From a virus, in IMG/VR virus record IMGVR_UViG_3300046698_000540, positions 36,370 to 100,369 of that record: a stretch of 64,000 nt of DNA. One strand, written 5' to 3'. The notes under the pieces are model-generated. The model worked only from the letters and a program-made list of their open reading frames with translations. It searched no databases and was not told where the DNA came from. The position numbers and the translations under genes were made by a program. Shown piece after piece: positions 28,910 to 38,042 of this stretch; the stretch's first letter is position 1; the number at the start of each line of letters is the position of its first letter.

Positions 28910-29355
28910 AAGTTCCAGTCTTCGTACGGCGCTGTGATCTTGAAGCCGCCCACCTGATCGAAGATGGCCCTTCGCATCAGAACGGTGACCGGGATATAAT
29001 TGGCGCCGCGGAGCCTATCCGGATCGAACCGGGAAATAGGCGGCCGCCAAGGGGCGCCTGGAGGATACCTGCAAGGAGCATATACCAAATCGGTTTTCTG
29101 CTCCTGCGCCGCCTTTACCATCCACTCGACAAACTGGTCGTCCAGCAGGTCGTCGTCATCCAGGAACACCAGCCACTCCGCGTCGGATCCTTGCACCAGA
29201 TCGTTGCGAATGAATCCGGGCCCGCGGCCTCGCGTATCTACGCCCACCAGGTGGCCTACATCAAGGTAGGTTTGGCGATGGACAGAGGCAACAGCTTCTG
29301 TCAGCAATTCCGCCCGCTCTGGAATCGTTGGCGTGATTACATCGACTTGTGGCAT
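28810..29355 (-). CDS. Glycosyltransferase family 2
   Basis: VITPT, FLDDDD, VGGF, YEDWNLW. Confidence 0.85.
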   Translation of the reverse strand: MPQVDVITPTIPERAELLTEAVASVHRQTYLDVGHLVGVDTRGRGPGFIRNDLVQGSDAEWLVFLDDDDLLDDQFVEWMVKAAQEQKTDLVYAPCRYPPGAPWRPPISRFDPDRLRGANYIPVTVLMRRAIFDQVGGFKITAPYEDWNLWLSLLDAGVVFGYFPHVCWTYRLHAHPWRPVR

Positions 29356-29423
29356 ACTGAACCCAGGAGCGTTTCTTCTTGGTTCGGCGTGGCGGCTTCT
29401 CGGCGGGGGCTGCCGCGCCGTTT

Positions 29424-29627
29424 TTATTCTTCTTCGTCGTCCTCTTCTTCGTCGTCCTCTTCTTCGTGGTGCCCAGTGGCTTTGGAATCCTGACCGGACT
29501 CCTCATCCGTGCACGCTCGACGCTGGGGCTCGAATTCCGTACCAAACTCGCTCATGGGCGCTGCGCTGTTTGCTCCCTGATCGTAGTCCTGAAAGGACGT
29601 TGTTTCCGTACCGCCTTTGCCTGCCAT
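29424..29627 (-). CDS. Small acidic protein
   Basis: MAGKGG... ending EEEDDEEEDDEEE; AAGGAG RBS. Confidence 0.55.
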   Translation of the reverse strand: MAGKGGTETTSFQDYDQGANSAAPMSEFGTEFEPQRRACTDEESGQDSKATGHHEEEDDEEEDDEEE

Positions 29628-29638
29628 AATGCTCCTTT

Positions 29639-30301
29639 TCACTCCTTTGGAAATCCCGCCGCTTTCCTGCGATTGAATAATTCCTGACCCTGCTTCCAGG
29701 ATTCCGGCGTGTTTCCGCTCGCGTAAACCTCGTCCCACTCGCCGCCATCCTGGTGCGGATGACAGTGGTGAAAATGCAAATGCCTCGCGTCTATAACGAT
29801 ACCATCCTGGCGCGCGTGTTCCGTGAACTCGTTGTCCACCCACAAGGCCTGGTATGCTGGATTTGCAATGTAGCCCAACTTCTCATAGCGGCGCCGCGAG
29901 AGAATGTAGAGGACCATCAGCCGGCGGTCATCCGCAAGGAAACCCGACGAAACCTCCACCACAAACTCCGCGTTCAGGTCGGGAATGATCTTCAGCAACT
30001 CCTCGTCCCAATTCTGAGGCGGCCGCATGTCATCGGAGTTGGCAATAAGCACCCGGCCTTGGGAGATCACCGCGGCTTCATTCCAGCCGGCGATGGCTCG
30101 TTTCTCGCCTGTGCACCAGTGAACTTTTGATAGAGCGTTCAAGAAGGGAGGCCTGCTTGGATCGAATCCCCATCGGGAATCCGCGGCCATGAGGTACTCC
30201 ACCCGGTCGGGATTTTTGCAGGAGTCCCACCAGGCCGTGTAGCTATCCTTCCACTTTCGAGGGCGCGCTGTAGCGTGGCAGATCGAAAAAATTGGCGTCA
30301 T
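29639..30301 (-). CDS. Glycosyltransferase, GT-A
   Basis: GWNEAA..GRVLIANSDDM, WVDNEFT, HFHHCHP. Confidence 0.75.
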   Translation of the reverse strand: MTPIFSICHATARPRKWKDSYTAWWDSCKNPDRVEYLMAADSRWGFDPSRPPFLNALSKVHWCTGEKRAIAGWNEAAVISQGRVLIANSDDMRPPQNWDEELLKIIPDLNAEFVVEVSSGFLADDRRLMVLYILSRRRYEKLGYIANPAYQALWVDNEFTEHARQDGIVIDARHLHFHHCHPHQDGGEWDEVYASGNTPESWKQGQELFNRRKAAGFPKE

Positions 30302-30304
30302 GCT

Positions 30305-30994
30305 TCACCTCTCGATCGACAGGATTGTTTCTTCAGTCTTTGGGATACCGTCCACGATCCACGCGGGCGGCCGAGTGAGCTTCATCCCCAGGCGCCAGGC
30401 CAGCACGGACAGTACGGTCTGATCGTGCCTGTGGCCCAGCACACGGGGATCTTGCGATGCTTGGTGCGCTTCATTAGTCCAGGGCCCTTGAAACGCCGTC
30501 TTCTCCTCAGCCAGCAGCAGAAATTCGTTCAGCAAAGCCCGAGCGCGCAAGTCTTTGAGGTTCAACCCGAAGGCCGTTCCTATTACTTGCGGGATTTTGA
30601 ATGCTGTTTCCCGATCGATCTTGAGGGGGGCCAAAGCAGAATCGCACGTCCAAGGCCCGCAAGTCCAGCAGGGAAGATCCTGCCGGCCGAACGGCAAATT
30701 TTCGCTGAACCAATACCCCTGCGACTCGATCCGGTCCCACAGAGGTTCTAATGAACGCACCGGCAGAATCGAAGCGTCTACCCAAAGCAGAGTATCACAG
30801 CCTATCCACAGGGCGTGCTTCAGAGCATGTGCCTTGAAAGCGTAGGGCACATCCTTGTGCGAAGGCGCGCCCGGCGGAAGACACCCCCGCCAGTGGGAAA
30901 TTCTTTTCTCTCCCAACTCCCGTGCGGCTTTTTGCATACGATCCTGCATGGCCAAATATCGGCCGCCCGTCGCCACGTTCACCAAAGCTCTCAC
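30305..30994 (-). CDS. Putative nucleotide-sugar transferase
   Basis: PYAFK, LLWVDAS, HRHDQTVLS motifs; GTG start overlapping upstream stop. Confidence 0.65.
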   Translation of the reverse strand: MRALVNVATGGRYLAMQDRMQKAARELGEKRISHWRGCLPPGAPSHKDVPYAFKAHALKHALWIGCDTLLWVDASILPVRSLEPLWDRIESQGYWFSENLPFGRQDLPCWTCGPWTCDSALAPLKIDRETAFKIPQVIGTAFGLNLKDLRARALLNEFLLLAEEKTAFQGPWTNEAHQASQDPRVLGHRHDQTVLSVLAWRLGMKLTRPPAWIVDGIPKTEETILSIER

Positions 30995-31623
30995 AAGACC
31001 CTCCAATACACGGGGCAATTTTCCAGCTTCATCAAATAAGGCATGACCGCTTCCCTTGCACCATCCAGCGTGAAATCGTCACAGATACACCATCCGCCGC
31101 GGCTGATCTTGGAATAAAGCCCCTCCAAGCATTCCTTGGTGGATTCGTACAAATCCCCATCCAACCTGAGAAGGGCAATTTTTCCCATGAGCGATCCAGG
31201 GATCGTCTCGCAAAACCATCCTTCGTGATACACCAGGACATCGGGGTCAACACCCCACCGCTCCATGTTCAACTCAACATTTCTGCGGGAGCATACGGAA
31301 ATTCCCGAACTGGTGACCTCCGCCTTGCCTGGCTCGCCGTAAGGTCTATGGACGGGATCATCGTTGTGCCATCTGCGATCCTTGGGGCCAGCCATAGGGA
31401 TTCCCTGGAAAGAATCGAACAAATGAACTTTTCGGCCGCGCGCTCCTGTGTCGTAGATGGCTTTGGCCATTGCGGCCGGGTGCGCGCCGGCATAGACCCC
31501 GCACTCCACCAGGTCGCCGGGAATACCTTCCACGATCAGGGCCTTGGCGATCTGGTATGTGGCCCCAACTGCCTCCGGCGCCGTAATCGCCTGCAACGCC
31601 AGTTCATCCAAGGATGCTTGCAT
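30991..31623 (-). CDS. TylF/MycF-family sugar O-methyltransferase
   Basis: GDLVECGVYAG, LFDSFQG, GWFCET, LLRLDGDLYESTK, DDF. Confidence 0.9.
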   Translation of the reverse strand: MQASLDELALQAITAPEAVGATYQIAKALIVEGIPGDLVECGVYAGAHPAAMAKAIYDTGARGRKVHLFDSFQGIPMAGPKDRRWHNDDPVHRPYGEPGKAEVTSSGISVCSRRNVELNMERWGVDPDVLVYHEGWFCETIPGSLMGKIALLRLDGDLYESTKECLEGLYSKISRGGWCICDDFTLDGAREAVMPYLMKLENCPVYWRVL

Positions 31624-31624
31624 G

Positions 31625-32308
31625 TCAACCTCCGTGCAACTTTTTGGCGTACCTCTCGCGGTTTTCCGCAAAAAAGCGATCCCGCTCTGGATGACTCGAA
31701 GCACCACCCCAATGCGACACCCATGTTCCCCGCCATCCCGCGATCCTGTGGCCTTTTTCCTCGAGTCGGCGCCACAAGTCTGTGTCCTCCCAATAGCACA
31801 TCTCAAAATCTTCGTCGTAGCCGTTCACCTGGCGCATCGCCGCCGTGCGCGCCACGTAGAACGCTCCGAACCGCCAATTTGTGCCCATCAGGTCTTGACT
31901 TTTGCCCATGCCGTAGTGCATGCAGTTCTCAAAGTGCTCTGGCATTCCAACGGCCAAGTTGTGAATCTGCATGACCTGGATAAGCATGTAAACGGAGTCT
32001 TCAACCAGCTCCGCGTCGGTGTTCATCTGGCAAAAATATTCGCCACGGGCGAGCTTCAAACCAATGTTGCAGGCTGGACCAAAGCCTATGTTTTCGGGAA
32101 GAAAAACTGTCTTCCAATCCCGTACTGATTCTTTTATAAGGTTTCCCGGTAGGGCTGCACAGGGGGAGTTGTTGTCAATCAAGAGCAGCTCATAAGGGAC
32201 TTGCACATAGTTGGCGATGGAAGCAATCGCCCTGCGGCACAGCAGCCGTGCATTCTCGTCCTTGTTCCAGATGGGCACGACTATGGTGACTTGCGGTGGT
32301 TCTCTCAT
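31625..32308 (-). CDS. Glycosyltransferase family 2
   Basis: IVVPIWN, IDNNS, NIGFGPACNIG, GYDEDF..YWEDTDL. Confidence 0.88.
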   Translation of the reverse strand: MREPPQVTIVVPIWNKDENARLLCRRAIASIANYVQVPYELLLIDNNSPCAALPGNLIKESVRDWKTVFLPENIGFGPACNIGLKLARGEYFCQMNTDAELVEDSVYMLIQVMQIHNLAVGMPEHFENCMHYGMGKSQDLMGTNWRFGAFYVARTAAMRQVNGYDEDFEMCYWEDTDLWRRLEEKGHRIAGWRGTWVSHWGGASSHPERDRFFAENRERYAKKLHGG

Positions 32309-32667
32309 ACTCCCGGGGGATACCTGCGTAGCAGCGCTTCATACTTGGTCTTCAATTCCTGCCAGGCCTTGCGCGAGACAGTGATGTCCTCAACCGGCGT
32401 CATTTCTCCACTGGCTTCGCAGGGAATAACGCCGAATACCTCGTCCCAGTTCACTGCATGGTCCAAAGGGACGGGGTGGCCCGCCTCGTCCTTCACCTGG
32501 TCCGTTTTTGTTTCCAGGTGCAAAATCACGCGGCGGGTGCGCACGTCTGAATGAATTTCCAGCAGCCGCGCTTGCGGCAACGCTTCCGGCGAAGTCCTGA
32601 CCAAGTATTCCGTGAGCATGGCGACCGGAAGGATAACCCGGCGTGCTTGCCTTTTGACGTCTTCCAT
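32305..32667 (-). CDS. Hypothetical protein
   Basis: Likely start MEDVKR after GAGGTG. Confidence 0.55.
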   Translation of the reverse strand: MEDVKRQARRVILPVAMLTEYLVRTSPEALPQARLLEIHSDVRTRRVILHLETKTDQVKDEAGHPVPLDHAVNWDEVFGVIPCEASGEMTPVEDITVSRKAWQELKTKYEALLRRYPPGV

Positions 32668-32679
32668 AAAAATCACCTC

Positions 32680-32709
32680 TTGCCAACGTAGCGCTATTAG
32701 CACTATACT
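32680..32709 (+). promoter_or_regulatory. Sigma70-like promoter for the plus-strand cassette
   Basis: TTGCCA-18 bp-TATACT; palindrome TAGCGCTA in the spacer. Confidence 0.6.
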
Positions 32710-32715
32710 CGAAGC

Positions 32716-32892
32716 GTGCCAGACAAGCAACCCACCAGCTTCCGTCTGACGGAAAACGCCCTGACACTGCTGGCCGCCCTTGCCAAGCGTGAGGGCATAG
32801 ATAAGACAGATGTTCTTGAAATCTTGATCCGTGAGCGTGCCCGCGGTTTGGGCATACCTGAACCCGAGGAGCCTTCCAGTGCAACACCCTGA
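32716..32892 (+). CDS. Ribbon-helix-helix (CopG-like) regulator, 58 aa
   Basis: Below track cutoff; hand translation MPDKQPTSFRLTENALTLLAALAKREGIDKTDVLEILIRERARGLG... Confidence 0.7.
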   Translation: MPDKQPTSFRLTENALTLLAALAKREGIDKTDVLEILIRERARGLGIPEPEEPSSATP

Positions 32893-33949
32893 CGTCCACC
32901 AGCCTTGGTCCGCCTGGAGCGAATCTCAAACGCTCCACGTGGCTGCCGCCTATTCCAATCCGTTCCGCTGGAGAACCCGGCGCGAACTTTCCAACGACTT
33001 CCGCCGACATATGGAACAATCCCCAAACGTCCAACTGCATTTCGGCGAGCTGGCTTATGGCGCCCGGCCCCACGAGGTAACTGACGCTGAAAATCCTCTG
33101 GACGTACAGTTGCGAACACAGGCGGAACTGTTCCACAAGGAAAACATCCTGAACAGGGTCATTTCCCGATTTCCCTCGAACTGGCAATATGGCGCTTACG
33201 TGGATGCCGACTTTCATTTCACCAGGCACGATTGGGCGCTCGAAGCCATTCACCAGCTTCAGCACTACGATTTCGTGCAACTGTTTTCTTCCTACGCCGA
33301 TTTGTCTGGGGATACTTATGGGACCGGACAACTACCAACAAGGGTGAACCCCAGCTTCGCTTTCAACTACATTCAGAACGGTTACAGGCTCCCGGAAGGA
33401 TATGCCAACGGAGGCTGGAGGAAGCAAGGCGTCTCTGTCAATCCCTATTATGGCGCTGCAATTGGTAAAGGCGGCCGGCGCGGTGTGGGCGCCACAGGCG
33501 GTGCCTGGGCCTTCAGACGGTCCGCTTTTGAAACGGTCGGGGGCCTGCTGGACAAATGCATCCTGGGCCATGGGGATTGGTTCATGACTTTTGGACTGGT
33601 CGGGGAAGAAGCCCCGGACATGCATATTGACGGCTATTCAGCCGACTACCGCAACACCATTTTGGCCTGGCAAAAAGAAGCGGCTAAACTCCGCAAAAAC
33701 ATAGGCTACTTGGATTGCTTTGCGCTCCACAATTTCCATGGATCCAAAATGCGCCGCGCTTATGCCAACCGCGACACCATTTTGGTCAAGCATCAATTCG
33801 CCCCAACGACGGATCTGAAACCCGACTGGCAAGGCATCTACCAGTTGAGCGGCGACAAGCCGGCGCTTCGCGATGCCGTCCGGATGTATTTCATTTCCCG
33901 AAACGAAGACGATCCCAACCTCTACGGTAAAGAGCAACCCCTGGTCTGA
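32879..33949 (+). CDS. Putative GT-A glycosyltransferase
   Basis: HKENILN, YVDADFHF (DxD), GGAWAFRR; GAGGAG RBS before GTG at 32879. Confidence 0.6.
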   Translation: MQHPDVHQPWSAWSESQTLHVAAAYSNPFRWRTRRELSNDFRRHMEQSPNVQLHFGELAYGARPHEVTDAENPLDVQLRTQAELFHKENILNRVISRFPSNWQYGAYVDADFHFTRHDWALEAIHQLQHYDFVQLFSSYADLSGDTYGTGQLPTRVNPSFAFNYIQNGYRLPEGYANGGWRKQGVSVNPYYGAAIGKGGRRGVGATGGAWAFRRSAFETVGGLLDKCILGHGDWFMTFGLVGEEAPDMHIDGYSADYRNTILAWQKEAAKLRKNIGYLDCFALHNFHGSKMRRAYANRDTILVKHQFAPTTDLKPDWQGIYQLSGDKPALRDAVRMYFISRNEDDPNLYGKEQPLV

Positions 33950-33960
33950 AAGGAACCATC

Positions 33961-34737
33961 ATGCTCATTCACAAACTTGGAAAGCAACCCCGCAGGGAAG
34001 ACCGGTTCCACCGGACCCTGCAATTCAAAAACTACCGGCTCCTGGAAGCCTTGCCCACGCCTCCCCCTGAGATCAGCTACGTAGTCAAGGTGCCCTCGTG
34101 GCCTATGCTCCTCAACGACCGGCTTGGGGATTGCGTCATCGCCGCCATGGGACATATGGTCCAACAGTGGACCTACTTTGCTTCCGGCGGCACTGCCATG
34201 CAGACCATGACGGACCAGGAAGCGCTGGCCGCCTATGAGGCGATTGGCGGCTATTACCCGCCCGACCCCTCCTCAGATCAAGGATGCAACATGCTGTCCG
34301 CGCTGAACTACTGGCGGAACCAGGGCATCCGAGTGGCTGGAAAGAACCACAAAATTGCGGGCTTCGTCGAACTCACGCCCACCCTTGCCAATCTCCGAGA
34401 AGCGGCCTGGATCTTCGGCAACGTCTTCACCGGAGTTGCGTTGCCTACGGCTGTGCAGGGCGCCGGCGATTGGACCGTTCCTGAAGGGGGCATTTACGGC
34501 GCCGCGGGGCAGCCGGGCGGTTGGGGCGGGCATTGTATTCCCGTCATGGCCGAAAGCCCTGAAACGGCAACCTGCATTACCTGGGCCGAGCGGCTGAAGA
34601 TGTCGCACAACTTCTTCACCGACTACTGCGACGAAGCCTATGCGGTCCTCAGCGAAGATTGGTTAAGCGCACAGGGCGACACGCTCACTGGATTTAACCT
34701 TGCGCAACTGCGCAAAGACATTGCGGCGCTGTCTTAA
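33961..34737 (+). CDS. Putative papain-like cysteine peptidase
   Basis: NDRLGDCVIAA (Cys), GGHCIPV (His), ITW. Confidence 0.55.
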   Translation: MLIHKLGKQPRREDRFHRTLQFKNYRLLEALPTPPPEISYVVKVPSWPMLLNDRLGDCVIAAMGHMVQQWTYFASGGTAMQTMTDQEALAAYEAIGGYYPPDPSSDQGCNMLSALNYWRNQGIRVAGKNHKIAGFVELTPTLANLREAAWIFGNVFTGVALPTAVQGAGDWTVPEGGIYGAAGQPGGWGGHCIPVMAESPETATCITWAERLKMSHNFFTDYCDEAYAVLSEDWLSAQGDTLTGFNLAQLRKDIAALS

Positions 34738-34765
34738 AAAAGCGGCCCGCGGAAAGGAGCACAAC

Positions 34766-34930
34766 ATGGTAACTCTCAGTTGGTGGGAGCAGTTCATCAT
34801 CGGAGCGGCTATCAGCTTCCTAACGATGTTGCTACCCAAGATCAAGAACCCCGTGGAACTGGCCGGCCTGCAAGCGACCATCGCGTTTCTGCAGAAGCTG
34901 CTGAACGGCAACGTGACCCTCGAAGCCTGA
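34766..34930 (+). CDS. Small membrane protein (holin-like?)
   Basis: 54 aa hydrophobic; GAAAGGAG RBS. Confidence 0.5.
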   Translation: MVTLSWWEQFIIGAAISFLTMLLPKIKNPVELAGLQATIAFLQKLLNGNVTLEA

Positions 34931-34949
34931 CCGGGCGCCGGGCGGACAT

Positions 34950-34995
34950 AAAAATAGGCCGGGTCCCAATCCTCCGAGGGCCCGGCCTATTTTTT
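34950..34995. terminator. Bidirectional intrinsic terminator
   Basis: aaaaataggccgggtcc...gggcccggcctatttttt between convergent genes. Confidence 0.85.
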
Positions 34996-35384
34996 CAGTC
35001 TTCCCACTTCACTTTGTTCTCTGCCAGCAATCTCTCTAGATCTTTCCTCGCCTGCGCTTCGGTTATGTGGATCGGCGGCCGGAGGCGCGCCGCTTCTTGA
35101 AAGGTGTGCCTACTGACCTGGAAGCCCCGAAACCCGTGCTGTAAGCCCAAGCCCACAGAAAAGATCCAGTTGCCCAGGTTCAGCAGCGTTCTCATCAGGA
35201 AATCGAACATCCACTGCGATCCCTTGTGGTAGCGGTACAACTCCCGGACCTTCCTGATGGGGCGGGGCTTATCCGGCGTGGCCTCTCCGCTGAAGAGCTT
35301 CAGCAGACCTTTCAGAGTACTCCGCGCCCGACGAAGGTCTCTCGTAACCTCGGAGCCCTGTTGCTCCGCTTCATTGTCCTTCAT
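34995..35384 (-). CDS. Hypothetical protein
   Basis: Start MKDNEA via ATGA overlap. Confidence 0.5.
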   Translation of the reverse strand: MKDNEAEQQGSEVTRDLRRARSTLKGLLKLFSGEATPDKPRPIRKVRELYRYHKGSQWMFDFLMRTLLNLGNWIFSVGLGLQHGFRGFQVSRHTFQEAARLRPPIHITEAQARKDLERLLAENKVKWED

Positions 35385-35635
35385 TTTTTCAAGTACCTCC
35401 TCTCCATCTCCTTGTTCGTGCTCATCATCAGACGGCCGCCACGATTTCGACAGTTGTGGTCCGCACAGGGAACGCACATATAGTAGCTGCGCTTGTCGCG
35501 GTCGTGGTACACTATCGCCACGGCGGGCGCTCCGCACGGAATATACAATCTACGTGACATCGGCGATGCTTCCTGGCAGCGCGCGCCTTTAGGGATTTTC
35601 TTTTCGTCTTCCACCAGCGGAATTTCCATGTTCAC
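35381..35635 (-). CDS. Small Cys-rich hypothetical protein
   Basis: 84 aa, GGAGG RBS, overlaps neighbours. Confidence 0.55.
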   Translation of the reverse strand: MNMEIPLVEDEKKIPKGARCQEASPMSRRLYIPCGAPAVAIVYHDRDKRSYYMCVPCADHNCRNRGGRLMMSTNKEMERRYLKK

Positions 35636-36081
35636 TTGCCTCCTCTACAAACCGACATCAGGTGCAGAACATGCTCCAACGGCATTACCGCGCCGCCGTC
35701 CAGTTCCACCTCCCTGCTGTACCCACACTCGTCGTATGCCCGGTGCAGATCGTCCAGCCAGGCTAGCTGCATGTCTTGCCACGTGCCCTGCCCGCCATGT
35801 TCCAGACGGCGCACACAGCCGAACGCACGGCCCGCTACGAACCAGTCGAACTCTTCTTCCGGCTGGTATGGCGCGTTGTTCAACCAGAAGAAAGTAACGG
35901 CGCCGGCATAGGCGTCGTGAATCTCCATCAACAAATGGCGCGCCAGTTCGTGATAGTCCTCAGACCCGAACAGTACACATGGATCGTTTTTCACTCGGGA
36001 TTGCCCTGGCGCGGGTTTTTTCAAGACGTCGCGGTAATGGTCGTGTGCCACACCGCGAATCCTGATTCTTTCTTTGCTCAT
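35632..36081 (-). CDS. Hypothetical protein
   Basis: Likely start MSKERI. Confidence 0.5.
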   Translation of the reverse strand: MSKERIRIRGVAHDHYRDVLKKPAPGQSRVKNDPCVLFGSEDYHELARHLLMEIHDAYAGAVTFFWLNNAPYQPEEEFDWFVAGRAFGCVRRLEHGGQGTWQDMQLAWLDDLHRAYDECGYSREVELDGGAVMPLEHVLHLMSVCRGGK

Positions 36082-36214
36082 TTTTTTCTCTTTCGCCAGG
36101 GCGGAACTTCGTTGCCCTTCGGGTACTTTTTCGCGTTCGGACATCCCTGCTCGTGACACGGGACGTTGTTGATCGCCAGGATTTCACACTGGCTGCAATA
36201 CAGTTTGCGCGTCA

Positions 36215-36433
36215 TTAGGCCAGCTCCTCTTCGTTGCAGGCTTCATATGCGCCTGGAAGGGGAACGATCGGTTCCAGGCCTTTGGCAATTCTGATTGGGT
36301 TGAATCTGTTTACGCAATTCTCACAGATCGGCTCCCTCACGTCATTGACGCGAACCGAGGGAACCTTCATCGGGTTGAACGTGAACGGTTGGCCGCACCC
36401 GATGCACGGCGCCGTTCCCAAGGCGTACCCCAT
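36215..36433 (-). CDS. Small zinc-finger-like protein
   Basis: CIGC...CENC. Confidence 0.55.
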   Translation of the reverse strand: MGYALGTAPCIGCGQPFTFNPMKVPSVRVNDVREPICENCVNRFNPIRIAKGLEPIVPLPGAYEACNEEELA

Positions 36434-36633
36434 CACGCCACCGTCATGATGAGCAGTTCTTCCGCTCCGTACACCTGTGCAGCCCCGCATACCTCGCAAG
36501 TGTACTTACGCGCGTCTGGCTCTACGCCGAAGGCTTCTGCCCCACAGGAGATACAGAACCCTCTGTTGTCGTCTTCCTGAACGGCCTCTACTATACGGTC
36601 CTGCGTGATGCTCGAATGAATGTCCTCTTGCAT
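36433..36633 (-). CDS. Small zinc-ribbon protein
   Basis: GFCISCG...VEPDARKYTCEVCG. Confidence 0.65.
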   Translation of the reverse strand: MQEDIHSSITQDRIVEAVQEDDNRGFCISCGAEAFGVEPDARKYTCEVCGAAQVYGAEELLIMTVA

Positions 36634-36809
36634 GTTCTTTTCCTTTCCTTCACTTGGGCGATTTTTTCTTTCCTCTGCGGCAGACCCACCACACGTACAG
36701 CAGGCCTCCACCGTAGACCATCAGTTGCGTGATGGCCATGGCCGGCCAGAACCACGGCGGGTCTGGCGGCAGTTTGTCGAACTCCGGCGGCAACGGAAAC
36801 ATGTTCACC

Positions 36810-37895
36810 TCACACTTTGTAATCGGAGCGCACCGACACCGACGCCCCCGCGCGGCTGAACTCGACCGAGCACTGGTTGTACGTGCCCGACTCGTACCAG
36901 CTCGTAATCTTGGGGTACGCCTCGCTGTCTCCGACCTTCAGGTAGCCCTTCGCGCGCCACGGCGGAACATGGGTCGCGGCGAAGCGCAGCGGCACAGTCC
37001 GGTAGTGGATCCGCCGCTCCGCGATGCCCTGCGGAGTCCCCGGCGCCGGCTGTGCGAAATTGAGCTGGATGAAATCCCGCCCCCACTCCGGCTCCGCGCC
37101 GGTTCCCCGGAGCTTGTGCCGCGCGAGAGCGCCGGCCAGATACTCGGCCAGCTTCCAGGTCTGTTCCTTAATGGGCATGCCGGGAAACCACTTGGCGTAC
37201 TGGTGCCGGTAGAAGTCCCTCTGCTCTTGGGGAATCAAGCCCTGCCAACCGATGTCGGTCAGCTCGCTTGGACCTGGCTGGATGCCGTAGAGATCCGTCC
37301 GCTCCAGATACAACTGGAAGACCGGCGCCAACGTGCCCGCTTGGAAGTCGTACTCCTTCGGGTCCATCAACGCGCTCTCCAGCACCGGACGCAGGAAGCG
37401 GAAGTTCAGCACGTCCACCAGGGCGAGGAAATCGCGAACATACGTCTCGCTCGACCGGAGCGCCGCGTCCCCTTCCGACTTGAAGAGGTACTTGCCGCCC
37501 ACGTCCTCGATCCGCATGTTCATCCGCAGGCCCGGCTCGTAATAGCGCCGCACGCGTCCCTGGAGGCACTGGAGAGTCTTCAACCCCATCAGCTCCGCCA
37601 CATCCACGCTCTCGCCATTGATAGGCTTCTTGCTGCCCCACGGCACCAGGAACGGGATCGGAGACCCCTCCTCGATATGCTTCCGCAGGACCGCTCGAAT
37701 CGCCACCAGGCTTTCCGGATTGGGCGCCGGTCCGAACCTCGACTGGTTCGTTCCGATGATCTCGGCTGCCACCAGCTCCAACGTCGTCGCCTTGTCACCG
37801 CGGTTCGACCCTGGAAACTCGCGCGCCAGCGCCCGCTGGATCACCTCTCCATAAGGATTGTCCAGCTCACTTACGTGAATCTTCAAATCATTCAT
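36810..37895 (-). CDS. Possible divergent isonitrile-synthase-like (PvcA/Dit1) protein
   Basis: Start MNDLKI after ribozyme RBS; IPFLVPWGSKK..DVAEL..YEPG..IED and HVPPW loosely match the family pattern. Confidence 0.45.
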   Translation of the reverse strand: MNDLKIHVSELDNPYGEVIQRALAREFPGSNRGDKATTLELVAAEIIGTNQSRFGPAPNPESLVAIRAVLRKHIEEGSPIPFLVPWGSKKPINGESVDVAELMGLKTLQCLQGRVRRYYEPGLRMNMRIEDVGGKYLFKSEGDAALRSSETYVRDFLALVDVLNFRFLRPVLESALMDPKEYDFQAGTLAPVFQLYLERTDLYGIQPGPSELTDIGWQGLIPQEQRDFYRHQYAKWFPGMPIKEQTWKLAEYLAGALARHKLRGTGAEPEWGRDFIQLNFAQPAPGTPQGIAERRIHYRTVPLRFAATHVPPWRAKGYLKVGDSEAYPKITSWYESGTYNQCSVEFSRAGASVSVRSDYKV

Positions 37896-37926
37896 CTGTT
37901 TTGTCCCGGCCTTTCTCCGGGGGCTA

Positions 37927-37980
37927 TCGCCTACACGTCTCGTGTTTCGACTCGGAGCCTCCGAATCCTCTTCAGGGCGA
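37927..37980 (-). ncRNA. Type I hammerhead ribozyme A
   Basis: UCGCC CUGAAGA G GAUUCGG-AGGCU-CCGAGUC GAAA CACG-AGA-CGUG UA^GGCGA. Confidence 0.85.
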
Positions 37981-38016
37981 AAAATTCCTGGCCGGGGCAT
38001 GGCGTCCCCGGCCAGG
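37981..38016 (-). terminator. Terminator-like hairpin upstream of ribozyme A
   Basis: 11-bp stem CCUGGCCGGGG/CCCCGGCCAGG then AAUUUUU. Confidence 0.55.
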
Positions 38017-38042
38017 CGGCGAAAGCTCACGCGTGCAGCCAA

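Noticed and set aside
29424-29627. ESGQDSKATGHH as a fifth copy of the C-terminal tag
   Set aside because: Only SGQD matches; the rest of the motif is missing.
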